Source of the DNA: Longimicrobiales bacterium
GTDB lineage: Bacteria > Gemmatimonadota > Gemmatimonadetes > Longimicrobiales > Gaopeijiaceae
Reading direction: 5' to 3'
DNA length: 64,000 nt
Assembly (NCBI GenBank): GCA_965203485.1
Contig: OZ241892.1
Coordinates: 2,464,001-2,528,000 of the forward strand
The notes under the pieces were generated by a model. It saw only the letters and a program-made list of their open reading frames with translations, was not told where the DNA came from and ran no database searches. Made by a program: the position numbers and the translations under genes. Below, piece by piece: positions 62,778 through 64,000 of the stretch. The number at the start of each line of letters is the position of its first letter. Within the stretch, counting starts at the first letter, position 1.

Positions 62778-64000
62778 ATGGCCAAGTACATCCGCCGCGC
62801 CCTCGAACGGACGCTCGCCCAGGCCGCCTCGGAGTTTCCGGCAGTCGTCGTCACCGGACCGCGACAGTCGGGCAAGACTACGCTCCTCAGGCGATGGGCC
62901 GGAGGCGACTACGGGTACGTTTCGCTGGAGCTGCCCGACGTTCGCGCCGTCGCAACCGAAGACCCGCGAACGTTCCTGGCCCGGCATCTGCCGCCGGTGA
63001 TCTTCGACGAGGTCCAATGGGCGCCCGAACTCCTCTTCTACGTGAAGGAGCGGATTGACGAGCACCGGGACGAGCCGGGGCAGTTCCTGCTCACCGGCTC
63101 GCAAGACCTGCTTCTGACCGCGCAGGTCGCCGAGTCCTTGGCTGGACGCGCGGCCGTGCTTCGTCTGCTGCCCCTGTCAAGGCGGGAAGCCGAGCCGGGC
63201 CGACTGCATGCGCCCTTTCTCTGGGAGGCCGAAGAAGCCACGGGCCCAGGCGGTGCCGCGACGCCGACCGAGCTTTGGCGCGAGTTCCTCCGCGGCTGCT
63301 ACCCCGAACTCGCGGCCAACCCGAGGCGTGACGCTTCGCTGTGGCACTCGGGCTACGTCCAGACCTACTTGGAACGAGACGTCCGCAACCTTCGCCGAGT
63401 CGGAGACCTTTCCCAGTTCCAGAGCTTTCTCCGCGCTCTCGCCGCCCGAAGCGGACAGCTTCTGAACGCAAGCGACCTCGCCCGCGACCTGGGCGTCGCC
63501 ACGAACACCATACGCGCCTGGCTGTCCGTGCTCGAAGCGACTCACCAGATCGCGTTCGTGCGCCCCTACTTCGCCAACATCGGCAAGCGCCTAGTGAAGT
63601 CCCCCAAAGTCTACTTCACGGACACCGGCATCCTCTGTCACCTCACCGGCCTTCGCGATCCGGAGCACGCGGCGGCAGGCCCGATGGCCGGGGCGATCAT
63701 GGAGACCGCTGTGCTCGCGGAGATCCGCAAGACCCTCGCCAACCGCGGCGTCGACGCCCCCATCTACTTCTGGCGCACGGCGACGGGCGTCGAAGTGGAC
63801 TTCCTTGTCCAAGTCGCCGACCAGCTCGTCCCCGTGGAGGTGAAGAAGACGGCGACGCCCCGTCCAGCAATGGCCCGGCCCATACAAGCCATGCAGAAGG
63901 ATCTCGGAGACCGAGCCGGCCACGGCTACGTCGTGCACGCGGGCGCCGGCCGGACGCCGTTGGGCCAAGGGGTCACCGCCGCCGGATTCTCCGAGCTGTA
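62778..64000 (+). CDS. AAA_14 + DUF4143 ATP-binding protein (runs to window edge; not in ORF track)
   Basis: MAKYIRRALE..VVTGPRQSGKTT, IFDEVQ, LTGSQ, TYLERDVR, KSPKVYFTDTG, EVDF; last in-frame bases are TA, probably the stop. Confidence 0.9.
   Translation, partial: MAKYIRRALERTLAQAASEFPAVVVTGPRQSGKTTLLRRWAGGDYGYVSLELPDVRAVATEDPRTFLARHLPPVIFDEVQWAPELLFYVKERIDEHRDEPGQFLLTGSQDLLLTAQVAESLAGRAAVLRLLPLSRREAEPGRLHAPFLWEAEEATGPGGAATPTELWREFLRGCYPELAANPRRDASLWHSGYVQTYLERDVRNLRRVGDLSQFQSFLRALAARSGQLLNASDLARDLGVATNTIRAWLSVLEATHQIAFVRPYFANIGKRLVKSPKVYFTDTGILCHLTGLRDPEHAAAGPMAGAIMETAVLAEIRKTLANRGVDAPIYFWRTATGVEVDFLVQVADQLVPVEVKKTATPRPAMARPIQAMQKDLGDRAGHGYVVHAGAGRTPLGQGVTAAGFSEL

Overview
Very GC-rich bacterial chromosomal window. 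The gene repertoire (DUF5916, M28 peptidases, rhomboid-DUF6576, TonB, FG-GAP proteins) suggests Gemmatimonadota, which is an inference. From left to right: (1) a surface-glycan cluster (two GT-C-like membrane proteins, a double-GT2 fusion, a sulfotransferase, GmhA, HddA); (2) a GH2 beta-galactosidase with an SSS transporter, and an M28 peptidase; (3) an Rrf2-associated respiratory locus whose heme-copper subunit I has H-S-S-Q-Q instead of H-P-x-V-Y, i.e. an eNOR-type NO reductase candidate, with a CuA subunit, SCO and a divergent cytochrome b-ferredoxin-MvhD fusion; (4) DoxX, DUF5916, ArsM and a fused methyltransferase; (5) a small lower-GC accessory patch with a 74-bp IS3-like miniature element, orphan small genes and a tgt pseudogene fragment; (6) MFS, DUF1232, FG-GAP, YncE, M28, NTF2-like and MMPL genes; (7) the best candidate for an undescribed system, a minus-strand operon of three homologous hydrophobic CxxC...CVxxC peptides (one missed by the ORF track), a fourth Cys-rich secreted peptide, a CPYC thioredoxin, a Yip1 protein and an ABC exporter, resembling a multi-peptide disulfide-bonded bacteriocin locus; (8) a UxxC selenoprotein peroxiredoxin-like gene with a SECIS-like hairpin; (9) housekeeping genes holA, copA, mutS (C20 tract abutting its putative promoter), tonB, cystathionine beta-synthase, ddl and rhomboid, a tandem TylF duplication, a TolB-like protein and an AAA_14/DUF4143 ATPase at the right edge. 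I saw no rRNA, tRNA or CRISPR array. All calls come from motif recognition by eye; no database searches were run.
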